Origin: the human T2T-CHM13v2.0 reference genome, Homo sapiens
DNA: 64,000 nucleotides
Direction: 5' to 3' (one strand)
NCBI RefSeq assembly: GCF_009914755.1
Contig: NC_060933.1
Positions 1-24,055 of this stretch are shown here, piece by piece (position 1 is the first letter of the stretch; each line of letters begins with the position of its first letter). The notes under the pieces are model-generated. The model searched no databases, was not told the DNA's origin, and saw nothing but the letters and a program-made list of their open reading frames with translations. Made by a program: the position numbers and the translations under genes.

Positions 1-39
1 GATGAATTTGAGGAAATCTGGAACTTTGGGCCACCCAGG
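1..39 (+). CDS. FXN: Frataxin exon 2, 3' end (partial; MNLRKSGTLGHP-G, residues 76-88)
   Basis: Frame from nt 2 reads MNLRKSGTLGHPG, matching human frataxin including the K80/S81 processing site. Donor GG|gtaaga at 40; phase 2 joins exon 3. Confidence 0.97.
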
Positions 40-878
40 GTAAGATAAAACACCTTCCACGTCATAGGTATCTTCCTCTCTCCTTCCCTGCCTCTCCCAT
101 TAGAACCTGGTTTTCTTCCTGAGCAGCAACAATCTTAGGCATCTTTCCATGTGACTGAGTATCCACCACATTATTTTTAATGAAATAGTATTAGATTGCA
201 TGGATGTGACATAATCCATTTAACCCATCCCCTACTGTTGGACATTCAGGTTGTTTCCAGAGTTTCAATATTATTTTATTTAATACCCTAATAGTTAGAG
301 CAGGCCATGCTGCTATCACAAATAGACCCAAATATTTAATAGCTCAAACCAATAACGTTTGTGTCCTCCTCTCTGGGCAGTACAGGGTTGGCATACCTCC
401 TGAAGTGAATTAGGAACTACACTCATTCCAGCTTCCAGTTTGGTCTTTATCTGTCAGTGCCTTACTGTCCTCTGCATTGTTGAGTCTCAGTCACCTTGTC
501 CAAGTTCCATTGGCCAGAAAGGGCTAGAAGCACAGAAGGGCTGGAAGTGGCATTTGTTCCTCACTCACATTCTGGTGGGAAGAACTTAGTGGTGTGGCCT
601 TAGCTGACTGTAAGGGAGGCTGGGAAATATAGTCTAGCGAGTGCCCTGGAAAAAGCCGGCACGGCATTCCCCATGGAAAGCTGTCAGGCACGGCTACAGT
701 CTACCCCCTGCCAACCAGTATCTGCATGGACCCTCCTTCCACACTCAGATGCATTTACCCCCAGCCCCAAGAGAGCCAACTGATGCCCATGTGGTCACCA
801 CAGCCACCTCCGAGTCCAAGATTTCCAGGTGACATGCAGTCTCCTCTCTCCCAGCTTTAGGAATGGCTTCTTCTGATC

Positions 879-906
879 TACACACAGACACAGACACACA
901 CACACA

Positions 907-938
<32 letters not shown>
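879..938. repeat. Interrupted (CA)n microsatellite in intron 2
   Basis: Direct reading; ends in a pure CA run of about 15 units. Confidence 0.95.
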
Positions 939-941
<3 letters not shown>

Positions 942-1255
942 TGGAGAGGGGCAGGATAACTGCAACTGTAACTCCATTCAGAAAAGAGGCACAGCACTAG
1001 CTGCCCGCAGCACTGGAGCCCTGCTGGGCAGCACTGGATCAACCTCTGCCCTGGCAGAGGAGCATGTTCCTCCACAAATCCCTGCTTCAGCCTCTCGAGA
1101 GGCTCCTCCTTGTCTGTTATTTTCCTTGGCCACAAGGCAGGCAGGCAGTGGGAAGTGTGCCCTCCTCCGGGGCAAGGAGCCTTCACAGCCCACTTCCTGC
1201 TAATAACAGTTTGGGGTTCCACAGGGTGTTTTAAGACTCCAGTCAGCTATTTTAG

Positions 1256-1592
<337 letters not shown>

Positions 1593-1961
1593 TGAGAGTA
1601 GGCTTTTCCCAAAAGTAGGCTTCTGAGCTATTCACTTTCAGGCAGTCCCATGTGCCAGGAACCACATCCAAATTTCCTCCGTGGATGGGAGTCTCAGGCT
1701 GCCTTATCTCCTTGCATGTCCCCATGCCCAGCTGTCTCAGCCTAAGGGCAGGTACCTTGAAGTCAAGTTAAACAATAAGATTGGAGACCAGCAATGCCCT
1801 CAGCCTGGTTTTTGCAGCAGGACTGAGTCCCTTGTTTTGGCTCAATGGGAAGTCTTTGCTGTTCAAAGCCTTAGCTTCTCTGGCTGAGTGCGGTGGCTCA
1901 CGCCTGTCATCCTAGCTCTTTGGGAGGCCGAGGTGAGCAGATCACTGAGGCCAGGAGTTCA

Positions 1962-2244
<283 letters not shown>

Positions 2245-3194
2245 TCATTCCATCTCCTGGCTTATTCTTTTCTTGTCACATCTACTAAAAGCAACAAGAA
2301 GCCACCGGTATTCAGGAACATTCTACCTGTCCCCAGAGCTATATGCTCAGTAGGCATACAGTTGGCCCTCCAGGTTATCTGAGACTCAGATTTCCAGAGG
2401 GCTTTGCATGGCTCACAAGGTCTGAAGAACCTCTGAGCCTCCCGCCTGCGGTGTCTGTTCATTGACTTTGCCACAGTCTCAAAGAGGCACTGCATGCTGC
2501 ATGTTTGAGGTTTTTGCTTTGGTGGCATCCATTTCCAGCCTCGGCTTCCGGCATTCCTCCCCCAGCAGACTCTCTGCTGCTTTCCCCTTACTCCTTCTGG
2601 CAGTTCTGGGAGGTTGCATAGGGCCCTTGCAGGATGCCCCAAGTCCAGCTGCCTCTGGCCTCTGGGAAGCACACCCTTGACCTGCCATGTGTAGGAAGAC
2701 AGCCCGCTTCTGCCAGGGCCCAACTCTGCCGGCAGGTAGCACCTTCCAACCTCTTCACTTTGGACTTTATAACTGTCAGGTATAAAGTCGGTTGTGTCCT
2801 TACGTTTCTCAAATTCTTCAAGACACGTCAACCAGCCTCTCCTACGCATTCTCTCCAGCTCAGTCTCAAAACACACCCTTTCTCTCCAGCTCACTCTCAA
2901 AACACACCCTATCAGGCCAACCACTCTTTTTAAAGGACAGCTCCTCACCAATCCAGTCAGGTAGCCTTCCCCACATTGTATCCTGGAAGTGGGTGATGGA
3001 CTGGGTGGGGAAGAGGGTCATATGGCAAATCTGTATGTCTTACAGTAATTGTCTAGCAGCCCCTGGTGTCTTACTTTAGGCCCCCTGGAAACTTTCAGAT
3101 AGTGGAGTTGTCTGATACATATCTTATAACCTACAGATATTAATATATCCTCACAGGGGCACAAAAGCTCTTACAAGGATGTTTATTATAATAA

Positions 3195-4438
<1,244 letters not shown>

Positions 4439-5148
4439 TAAAGACAGGGTTTCACTTTGTCACCCAGGATGGAATGCAATGGCACGATCACAGCTCACTG
4501 CAGCCTTGACCTCCCTGGCTCGGGTGATCCCTCCCACCTCAGGCTCCTGAGGAGCTAGAACTACAGGCATGGGCCATGCCCAGCTAATTTTTTAATTTTT
4601 GGTAGAGACGGGGTCTCTGTTGTCTCAGATTCCTGGGTTCAAGTGATCCTTCTCCCTTGGCCTCCCAAAGTTCTGGTATTACAGGCATGAGCCACTGCAC
4701 CCAGCCCATGGCCAGCTCTTGATACGATCTGTCTCTTTCTTTTCTTTTTTTTTTTTTAATTTGAGAAGTGTTAAATAATCTTTCTTTGATATTATACATA
4801 AACCACACCAAAATGTCTTTCAGTAAGTAAAATGAACCATTTTAGATACAGAAAATTCTAATTAGATTGGCATAGTTAAGGCCAAAAATATAAAGTTGAC
4901 ATTGCTACCTTATCTTCAGCCCTTGCCTTTAAGAGGCAAATGAACACAAAATACAGGTGAATCTTGCTTGGTTCTGAGACAGTGAAGGACTTTCCCCCAG
5001 TATTTAAATATATTTACATAACCAGTTACATAAATCTAAATATTAAAAAAATCTCCAATAGATTTTAGATGGCATTCACCATCTTTGTGAAAAGTTGAAC
5101 ATTACTAATGAAATCTGATCATATCTTTAGAAGGATAAACAGTGATAG

Positions 5149-5989
<841 letters not shown>

Positions 5990-6169
5990 TGAGTAGCTGG
6001 GACTACAGGCACCCGTCACCACGCCCGGCTAATTTTTTGTATTTTCAGTAGAGACGGGGTTTCACCATGTTAGCCAGGATGGTCTCGATCTCCTGACCGT
6101 GTTATCTGCCTGCCTCGGCCTCCCAGAGTGCTGGGATTACAGGCATGAGCTACCACGCCCGGCCTTTAA

Positions 6170-6643
<474 letters not shown>

Positions 6644-6792
6644 TGAAGAATTTCCCTCCAGCAGAGCTAAGCATCAAGTAGCATGTAGTTGTAGGTAGGA
6701 TTAAAAGACTAGGGTTCCGGGAGGTGAAGGTTGCAGTGAGCCAAAATCACGCCACTGCACTCCAGCCTGGGTGACAGAGCGAGACTCTGTCA

Positions 6793-6885
6793 TAGATGGA
6801 TGGATGGATGGATGGATGGATGGATGGATGGATGGATGGATAGATAGATAGATAGATAGCTGGATAGATAGATAAGATAGATAAG
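6793..6885. repeat. (GGAT)n(AGAT)n compound tetranucleotide STR replacing an Alu tail
   Basis: Begins immediately after ...gagactctgtc of the Alu fragment at 6716-6792. Confidence 0.95.
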
Positions 6886-7699
6886 ACAAGACTAGGCTTC
6901 AAGCTGCAGTCCAGCTCTACCAGGCTTGTTGTGACTCTGGGCAAGTCACTCAGCCTCTCTGAGCCTCATTTTCCAGCTTCAGTGGATACCCATGAAGGCA
7001 AATCAGAGAGGGGCCTGAGTGTGTATTTGTCCAGCAGGCAGATGGAGGGAACAACAAACTAGACCCGTAGTTCTTCAGTAGGGATAAGATAACTGCCCAA
7101 AAGTTATTTAGATTACAAAGACTTGAGCCCTGCTCCTGTGAGACAGTGATGGGGTAGGTCGGGTGCATTCCTGGGAAGCATATTTTTGAAAAGCTCACCT
7201 GGGATTCTAATGTGTATCCCTAGGTCTTATTCCTAGAGATTTTGATTACTTGGTCTGGGGTGTGGCATGACCTGGGCAGGGCACTGGGATTTTTAAGCTC
7301 CACAGATGATTCCAATATGCAGCTAGTATGAGAACTTGTTTTTTTTTGAAGGAGTCTCACTCTGTCACCCAGGCTGGAGTGCAGTGGCGCAATCTCGGCT
7401 CACTGCTCCGCTTCCTGGGTTCAAGCAGTTCTCCTGCCTCAGCCTCCCGAGTAGCTGGGATTATAGGCATCTGCCACCATGCCCAGCTAATTTTTGCATT
7501 TTAGTAAAGACGGGGTTTCACCATGTTGGTTAGGCTGGTCTCGATCTCCTGACCTCAAATGGTCCACCCCCATCAGCCTTCCAAAGTTTTGGGATAACAG
7601 GCGTGAGCCACCAGGTCCGGCCTGGTGTGAGAACTTCTGAGTTGGATGAAACATTAGCCCCAGATCCTAGAAGCCAGGGAAGTGCTGGTCTTTATCGAC

Positions 7700-7717
7700 T
7701 GGCCACCAGGTGGCAGA
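7700..7717 (+). promoter_or_regulatory. Candidate CTCF site
   Basis: TGGCCACCAGGTGGCAGA is a near-perfect match to the CTCF core consensus and lies in unique sequence between two Alus. Confidence 0.6.
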
Positions 7718-8789
7718 TTTGGGCAAGGGTCTGCCTTTGGGTTTAGAATTATTGCTTAGGCCTTAAAGTAGTTCTTTTTTGCCAGTGGGAGAAAATCCCT
7801 CAAAGATGGTTTTCTGGGTTGGTTGGTTTGTTTGTCTGTTTGTTTGTTTTTTGAGACAGAGTCTCCCTCTGTTATTCAGCCTGGAGTGCAGTGGCATGAT
7901 CTCACTGCAACCTCTGCCTCTCGGGTTCAAGCAGTTCTCCTGCCTCAACCTCCCAAGTAGCTGGAATTATAGGCACACGCCCCCACACCCAGCTAATTTT
8001 TGTATTTTTAGTAGAGACAGTGTTTCACCACGTTGGCCAGGCTGGTTTTGAACTCCTGAACTCAAGTAATCCTCCCACCTCAGCCTCCCAAAGTGCTAGG
8101 ATTACAGGTGTGAGCCACCGCGCCTGGCTCCTCAAAGATGTTAATCCTCTTGATGGCAATTGACTAATACCAGAAAATGTCACGAAGCGTGCATTTTGGA
8201 TTCAATCATGGAATTGTTGAGGACAATCAGCCATCAGACTAAAGCGATAGAAATAGTATTGGAAATTGCAGCGGGAGCACTGAATGGAGAAGGCACTCCA
8301 CATAATGGAGGAGGCAACCAAGTCTTAGAGAAGGTATCAAGCCTGACTATAAGGACAGTGAGGGAATTGAAAAAACAAAAAAGGAGCAATGGAGCAGGGA
8401 AGGATTGAATGCCTTTCAAGTAGATTCAGTAATTGCTGTTAGCAGCAAAAAATGCAGTAGTGCCTGGGCAGGGCTTTAAAGTGCTTGCACAGGCAGCCCT
8501 AGAGGGCCGGGCTGCTTGGGAACTCTTACAAACTGACCTACCAACTTGAGCATCCACAGCCTGATCAGAGGTGGGGGAGTTAAGGGCCTTCTCTCCCCTA
8601 GCCTCTACTAGAGCCTGTAACTGCAGGGAAACCAAGTTGCAGGCTAAACTCTGCCCACACATGCAGACATTGATTAGCAAGCTACAAAAACAGTCATGAA
8701 ACCTGTTTTTATAGGATTAGTGAAGCCCCAGTTTGACCAGAGTACTTTGCATGAATGTTTTGTTAGAAGCAAATGTGCCAATATTCTAG

Positions 8790-9053
<264 letters not shown>

Positions 9054-9056
9054 TGA

Positions 9057-9308
<252 letters not shown>

Positions 9309-9509
9309 TGATCGTTCCACCTCAGCCTCCCTAGTAGCTGGGACTACAGGCACATGCCACCATACTCGGCTAATTATTTTATTTTATTTATGGGTCTCGC
9401 TATGTTTCCCAGGCTGGTCTCAAACTCCTGGCCTCAAGCGATTCTCTCACCTCGGCCTCCCAAAGCACCAGGATTACAGGTGTGTGCCAGCACACCCAGC
9501 CACAAATCT

Positions 9510-10607
<1,098 letters not shown>

Positions 10608-11919
10608 ATCATTGAATCAATTTGAACCAGGCGACAAAACCTTCTGCTCCCAGTAGTGGGTCAGAGAACCTTCCTGATTCCTGCCCTGAGATTGTCTCTC
10701 TGAAGACAACATTAGGCTAGTAGGCTTTCCAGATTCTGTAACCCATTCTTTCAAAGGAAGAGATGCCTATATTTTTCTAGCCAATTCATATACCTTGAGT
10801 ATCACTCAAGGGCAAAATTATTTCTAACAAATCATTTACTAATTAGCAAATGCTTAAGTGTAGATTTAGAAAGCTAAAGCTATACAGTGGCTGCCATCTA
10901 TAGTTTGGACTTGTGATTAACTACATTGAAATGCTAACTCTGTACCCTAGAGTATGAATTCCTGATTAGAGTCCTTCAGGTGCTAACTAATTTATGTATT
11001 TCATGTTTGATAATATTATTACTTGAGCTTTGTGGGAGAGCAGTCTTTTCCTCCCCTGAGATATAGCTAGAAGTTACCTCCTTTGTGAAGCCTTCCTAGA
11101 TACTCCAAGCAGACACGGTCCTTCCTTTCTCCCTTGCCCAGCACTCTGAGGTTGACTCTGTGGAGCACTGATCCCTCTGTGTTATAATTGTCTATTTACA
11201 CGTCAGCTACCACCTATAACACACTGAGTTCCTCAACAGCAGGGACACTGTCCATTCTTTGATCCCAGTGTCTGGAACAGTGCCAAGTACATAGTAGGGA
11301 CTTAATAAATATTGATTCATATGTAAATGAGACTTTTCCAAAACATGCTTTCGTTGATGCCTCTCAGCATTTATACACCTTTTACCAACTCGCTACTGGC
11401 CACATAGACAAATGAAAGCAGTAATCCAGATACACCCAAAAGGACATCTGTTCTTTTTTCTCTCTGTGGAGTGGGAGACTTAAGTGGCTTCTTAACTGGT
11501 GTGTCGTCTGATCAAGTGGTCCAGGTAACAGGTGGATGCCAATGTCTGGCCCAGGCATCACCCCTTACTGGCACTGGTCATTACAGAAGACACTCTACCA
11601 GAGCTGAAAGGACCTCTTGTCACTAGGCAGCTGTGGAGTCCGCTCTACTTGACCTAGTAAAATCTGCCTGGAGACTGTTAGAGTCACCCCACTACCTGAA
11701 GTTACCTCCAGGCTGACCTCTTTTTTTTCCCAGGTGGAGTCCTGGCATCTTAGATATTTTAATAAGGATTTGCTTGTTGACATGTTCTTTATTCACTAAG
11801 GTGTCAGCATATTACTGTCTTAGAACTGAGGGTTCTTCATCTTTTTTGGATCAGGACCTCCCTCTAAGAATCTGATGACTGCTCTGGTCCCTCTCCCAAT
11901 AAAAACTTCCATACTCACC

Positions 11920-13117
<1,198 letters not shown>

Positions 13118-13391
13118 TAAGTGATATCTAACTTTTGCGAGCTGCAGTTTCCTCAGCTATGAGATGAGTGACATTAACCTCCTCTCTTCAGATTTATAAG
13201 AGGATCAATTAAAATGGCATAGGTAAAAGTGCATCCTAGCAAGTTGGTATCTACTTTAGAAATGAAGGAGGTCATATGTATGTGAAGTCTCCAGACCCAA
13301 CATGCCATCTTATATGTGTCTATTTCTACAAGTGAGCTAGTGACAACAGTAATTGCTATTTTTGCTCCTACATGGGTAGGGCTGATCTTGA

Positions 13392-13508
<117 letters not shown>

Positions 13509-13510
13509 TA

Positions 13511-13742
<232 letters not shown>

Positions 13743-14850
13743 CTAATTGGCTAGTGCCTGCATCTCAGAAACTGCTACATATTTTGACTATTCCCCCTGC
13801 ACTTAAGGGCATGCACACTCCCAAAATAGACTCAGATTGTCTAAGGAATAATGATGATGATGAAGAGAAAGCCCTCTGTATCTGGTCTATTTGTAGTCAG
13901 TTCCAAAAGCATTAAGAATTTCTGCTGAACTAATGCAGCTAGTTTCTTTCCTGTCACCACTTTCCTTCCAAAATAGTTTCAAGATCTGTGGGGGAAAAAA
14001 TCTATTTACAGTGAACAGACTGGTGGGAGGAAGTTGAGCATTGGGGTTTTCTGCCCTGTGTAACCTTGCCCTAAGTTGGGCAGATGGTATCACACTACCT
14101 GGACATCATCTGCTCATTCACTATTTGACCAGTTGGTCATTCATTCACAAATGTCCTTTTTGCAGGAGGGATGGAGGTGCTAGACCTGCAGATGCTAGCA
14201 TGAAAAGACAGATCTCCTGCTGCTAAGGTGCTTAAAGTAGTGGAGGTCAGGGGACAAGCAAGCAGTCAGGCAGCTCTGAATGCAGAGGCAGGAAGCACCA
14301 CGAGGCAATGGGACCCACAGAGGGGTAGCAGGGTAGAGGTGAGTGGGTCTCATGTGGGGAGGGAGGAAGTTGACTGCAGAGAAGGTGCCAGGGGGTGAAA
14401 ATAGCTTGAGAGCTGTGGAGCTAGAAGGGCTCTCACATTTGCTTATTAATATGCCCTTTGAAAAAGAGTGGCCTGATACCTGGAGTCACTCAAAAGATTT
14501 CTAATTCCGATAGGAAAAAGTCAATTTTGGCTTCAGTGGTTGCATGTGCACCCCCTGATTTGCTGTATGCTGAGGCATTGTGGTGATGGACGCAAGTGCG
14601 GAGACCTTGAGCACGCATCTGCCCCTAGTTCTTGCCCTGAGTCCTCGAAGGAGGCAGGAGAGACATCAAGGCAGACAGGCGCCGCTCATCAGTGATGAGA
14701 CCAGACCTGGAACTCGCGTCTTATACTCAGTCCTCTGCCCTTTCTGCTGGATTGTGGCCCCCCAGTATAAGGTGCAACACACAACTGGAGCATTTAAGGG
14801 CCACAAAGAGAACAAATTACCAATGATTGTGTGTTGATTCTTTGAGCTCT

Positions 14851-15263
14851 TTTTTTTTATTATTATACTTTAAGTGTTAGGGTACATGTGCACAATGTGC
14901 AGGTTAGTTACATATGTATACATGTGCCATGCTGGTGTGCTGCACCCATTAACTCGTCATTTAGCATTAGGTATAGCTCCTAAAGCTATCCCTCCCCCCT
15001 TCCCCCTCCCTCCACCCCACAACAGTCCCCAGAGTGTGATGTTCCCCTTCCTGTGACCATGTGTTCTCATTGTTCAGTTCCCACCTATGAGTGAGAATAT
15101 GCAGTGTTTGATTTTTTGTTCTTGCGATAGTTTACTGAGAATGATGATTTCCAGTTTCATCCATGTCCCTACAAAGGACATGAACTCATCATTTTTTATT
15201 GCTGCATAGTATTCCATGGTGTATATGTGCCACATTTTCTTAATCCAGTCTATCATTGTTGGA
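14851..15263 (-). mobile_element. 5'-truncated young primate L1 (L1PA2-4-like 3' end)
   Basis: L1 3'UTR plus ORF2 C-terminus (DWIKKMWHIYTMEYYAAIKNDEFMSFVGTWMKLE); TSD tgagctcttt at 14843 and 15264; GAG rather than ACA diagnostic. Confidence 0.92.
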
Positions 15264-15438
15264 TGAGCTCTTTATCTCATGGAAAAATAATTTATAAAAC
15301 TCTGTATGAGAGGAGTGGGAAATAGTATTAACGGGTGCGGGGTTTCTTTTTGGGACAATGGAAATAGCTGGAATTAGATAGTGGTGATGTTTGCACACTT
15401 TGTGAAATACTAAAAACTCCTGAATTATACAGTTTTAA

Positions 15439-15612
<174 letters not shown>

Positions 15613-16921
15613 TAATTTTTTGTAAAAACAAGGTTTTACCATGTTGCCCAGTCTGGTCTTGAACTCCTGGGCCCAAGCGATCCTCCCTCCTTGGGCTCCC
15701 GAAGTGCCAGGATACAAGCATGAGTCACCACATGCAGCCTCAGTTTTAAGAAACTTTTAAATAAATGAAATATAGTCATACCAAAACAGTAAAAATGGGT
15801 TTCAGGAAAAAAAATGTTTTTTTAAACAAACTTACGTATTGTATAATCCCAGCCCTTTTAAAAAATGCTTTCAAAAACTGGCAGTCAACTCATAAAAGGA
15901 CAAATACTTATGATTCCACTGATGAAGTAGTCAAAAGTAGTCAAAAATCACAGAAACACCACCATAAATGTATAATTTTTATTTTCAATTAAAAAAACAT
16001 CTTTTTTTTAGTCAAAATCATAGAAATAGAAAGTAGACAGGTGGTTACTAAGGGCTATGGGATGGGGAAATTAGTGTCTAATGGGCATAGAGTTTCAGTG
16101 TTACAAGGTGAAAAGTTCTAGAGTTATGCTGCCCAGCAGTGTGAATATACTTTATTGTTCTGTACACTTAACATGGTTAATATGGTAAATTTAGCGTTAT
16201 GTGCTTTTTACTATAGTAAAATTAAAAAAAAAAAAAATGGGGCCGAGTGCAGTAGCTCACACCTGTAACATAATCCCAGCACTTTGGGAGGCCGAGGTAG
16301 GAGGATCACTTGAGGCCAGAAGTTTGAAACCAGCCTGGTCAATATAGCGAGACCTCATCTCTACAAAAGAAAAATGTTAAAATTAGACAGGTGTGGTGTC
16401 TGTAGTCCCAGCTCTCTGGAGGCAGGGACTGAGTCAGAGGATCACTTGAGCATAGGGGTTTGAGGCTGCAGTGAGCCATGATCCTGCCACTGCTGCAGCC
16501 TGAGCAACAGAGCAAGACCCTGTTGTAAAAACAAACAAACAAAAACTGGCAGCTGATACCTGAGAGTGAATATCTTTTATCGCTGGTTAATGGGATTGAG
16601 AGAATGCTTCATCTTATAGAAAGAACAGTGTCTTTGGACCCACAGAGACCTGGATTTAAGATTAGCTCTGCCAATTACTGAGTACTCTTTACTATGAACC
16701 TCTGTTTTCCTCATCTGTGAAACTGGAATAATGAATCCTACCGCCAACAATTGTAGTCAAGTTGGAAACAATTTACACAAAGTGCCAAACACCAAGCCTG
16801 GCACAGTAGGAACCGAGTAAATAGTGGTTAATATTTTTATCAGTGTCTGCATTGCTGACGTCTCCATCATTTCTATACATTTGTTTTTGAATCAGAAAAA
16901 GATGTTATTTTAAAAAAATAA

Positions 16922-17221
<300 letters not shown>

Positions 17222-18267
17222 TAGGCCGGTCTGGAACTTCTGGGCTCAAGCCATCTGCCTGCCTCGGCCTCCCAAAGTGCTGGAATTTCAGGCATGAGCC
17301 ATGCCTGGCCTAAATAGCTCTCTGTGTTTGCAAAAGTGTGTTATAAGAATCATTCAGAGCCTCTCGATTGGATGGAGGCTCTAGAATGCACAGAAAAAGG
17401 CTGCCACCGTGTATCTCTGCAAGTCATGCACAAGATGGGGAACAGCAGGCTTCCCCCTGCTTACCAGTTCAAATACAGAGAACTAGCCCTGTAGCTGTTT
17501 CTTTCATATCTCACCCATTCTAAAGAGACCACAGGCCTTAGAAGTAAAGGACTCTTTTGTTGAAAGAGTGTTTTCAAATTTAAATGAGCATTTATTGGTC
17601 AAAGATGCACCAACTAGTCTTTTGAAGAATTCAAGGCTCTTTAGAGAAAAATAAAGCCTTGGAGGAGTATCTGAGAAGCTTGTTAGATGCGTGGGAAGAG
17701 TCTGGAAATAAAAAACTTCATCTGGAGTTTCTGCCTTCTACCAACAGAGCTGAAGCTAATGCTCTCCTAAGACAAGCAAAGCAGATGGTTTGCATACTTC
17801 CTTACCTTCCTTTTACTTCCTCTGTAATAGACTTGTCATGTCTGATGTTTGAGTTGACGTGGTACTCTAATAGAGTTAGAGTCTGCATTTTTTTTATGTC
17901 CTCTAGTATGTTCTGGTTGATGGTTGAGGGCAACAAACCAGCAGTCCCAGATGCCAGCACCAAGACCTGAGACAGGTCACTTAACTCTCCGAGCTTCACC
18001 ACCATTCTCACCTTGCAGACCTCACAGGGAACAGGGAAAGCTCTATGAGATACAACATCATTATGATTAATCCTATTCTGATTCTGAAAGCAAAGCTCTT
18101 CCTACACAAACTCCTATTTCTAAATACTAAAAGACATTTCTTTATGGTGTATTTTGTGTACTTGTAGAAATGGAAAGTGTTGAGATAAAACATGAAGCAA
18201 TGATGACAAAGTGCTAACTTTTTCTTGTTTTAATTTCTTTATGCTTTTTTTCCACCTAATCCCCTAG

Positions 18268-18396
<129 letters not shown>

Positions 18397-18405
18397 TAAT
18401 TCTTA

Positions 18406-18648
<243 letters not shown>

Positions 18649-18690
18649 TCACTTGAGCTCAGGAGTTTGAGACCAGCCTGGGCAATGTCA

Positions 18691-18888
<198 letters not shown>

Positions 18889-20220
18889 TCATCGTCTTAT
18901 GTTAGCATCCTTGTAAGTGAGCCTTTCCTGATATTTTGCAGCCTGTCTCATTCTCAGTAGAAAAGTTTACTCTAGTTACATAACTTCTCCCTGCTGACAA
19001 TTTGGATACTGTAAGCAGGCATCAGGATATTAAGATCTGAAGTGAGTAGCTTATAACTTTTCCAAATCCAGCCTAGACAGTTTTCCTCTATTAAATTATT
19101 GCCCTGACTTTAAAAGAAGCTACTTTTGACCTTGTAGCGTTTGAACAAGTTGCACTTTGTCTTCAAAGCAAGTTAAAGTTTGACCTCTACTTGTTTTGAG
19201 CCTCTCAGGTAAAGGGTTATTTGAATTCCCTTTGCAGGTTGGGGTTGTGTACCCTGTGGAGGTGGTAGAGTGTTATATATTGCTGCTCCAGGGCATTTAA
19301 TCCCTCCTGCCTTTTCCATTGATGTGCTTTCAATCTAGAGGAATAAAAGATTGTGTTGGAGACACAATGTGGCCTGCATAGCATCTGAAAGCCTGAGAAC
19401 ATGCAGGGAGAGACATCCCTCATCCCTCAGCAGCCTGGCTGCTGTTGAAGTGGTTGTAAGAAAGTAAAAGAGAAATGCCCACAAAACGTTCTCAGATCCA
19501 GTCATTCATTAGCACTTCCAAAGAGAGCATGTTGACTGTGAATTGGGAAAGGGCCAGATAAAACTAGCATAGAATTCTTTGAAAGACTAACGGTATTTGC
19601 ATTTTTTAAAAATTATAACCTTACTCTACCCCCTAACATTGACATCATTTTTAGGTAATTAATATTTTCCCATTTATTATTCTGTGATCTCTAATGCTTT
19701 GTTCAGAATAAATAGTGTGTTTCCTTTCCCCACACTTTCATCCAAGAAGTGTGCTAGAGTTCAACAAAAACAGCACTAGAAATCACTGTCATTCTAGGAA
19801 GGCCCTAATTCACAGATTGTATTGGTTTTTAGACCCAGTTAGTGTGCTGGAGGTTGGAGGATTTTAACCTCTGTGGGCCAACTAGCCTCTGTGGCCTCAG
19901 TCATTCTTCCTGACCCTGGCTGTGCTTGAGCCTGTGTGTTCTTATCCTTCATCTCCGGGGGAACGAAGTGGATCAGCTCGGTCCAGCGATCACTTTTGGG
20001 GATCAGTGGCTTTGTAGATATCGGGCAGGCACTTACCCCAAAAGAACTTTCCCCATATCTGAAGACTGAAAACGTCCATATCGTATTTGGACACACTGCC
20101 CAGCAATACGCTCTAGCTGTGTTCAGAAGCATGGGAATTTGGAAAGATCTGCTGAGCATGCCGTTTACTGTCACAGATACTATCTTCCTCAAAAAAAAAA
20201 ATATATATATATATATATAT

Positions 20221-20999
<779 letters not shown>

Positions 21000-21869
21000 T
21001 GAGTCTGCTTTGAAAAGTAGGGTGAAATTCTGCAGAGGCATTCAACTGGCAAGATACCACCCTCATAGCCAGATCTGCAGGTCTCAGCCATCATGCCAGG
21101 GAAAATGCTCCATTCACCACTCCTCAGCTTCTGCTTCTGGTTTCAGAGGTCTCTGTATTGGAGGGGCTTTAAAGCAAGAAGGGTCTTTACCCACTTACTC
21201 TTATTCACAGATGTGAATATGCAGGTCCAGTGGGGAAAGTGACATGTCCTAAGTCAGAATAGAGTCAACAAGAAAACAGGGCCCAAAATGACTTAGCCTC
21301 TAGTGTATAATGGGCATTGATGAGCTACTGGAAATACAGAGATGAAGAAAACACAGTCCCATCTTCAAGGAGCTCAATCTAGCAAGGGAGACTCTTTGTA
21401 GGTGGGACCGGGCTTCCCTGCAGCAGAAGGAAGCTTGAAATTGGTAACGAGCCTCAGAAGGGACAGAGGCAGGCCACCATGCTACCCTGAGAGGATCGCA
21501 TGTGGACACGGGGCTATGACCTGGCCCTGCTTTGACCCACTAGCTGTGCTGTAGGGCCAGGTGGAGCCTGGAGTGGCCTGTGCTAAGGGGCTACTATGAG
21601 CTCTTTCCACTCCCCCAAGGCATTGCATAAATAATGTCACTTTCTGTTTGCACAGCAAAATCAGGGACACAATTTTCTAGAACATGGGGTGCCTCCCCTC
21701 CCCCCAGCCCAACAGAAGTTCTACAATGACTGATGGGCCCTTGTTTTTGTTTGAGACGGAACACCCCACAGGGTTCCGAGTGGTGATTTGTGGCCCACAG
21801 GCCACTGGCAAGTGGAGGCAGAGCTGCAGAGCCCTCGGGAGCCACAGAGGGCCTGCTGGCCGCCACGAC

Positions 21870-24055
<2,186 letters not shown>

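Noticed and set aside
2262-2951. 229-aa antisense ORF
   Set aside because: No recognisable domain or homology, and it crosses a tandem duplication; most likely a chance ORF.
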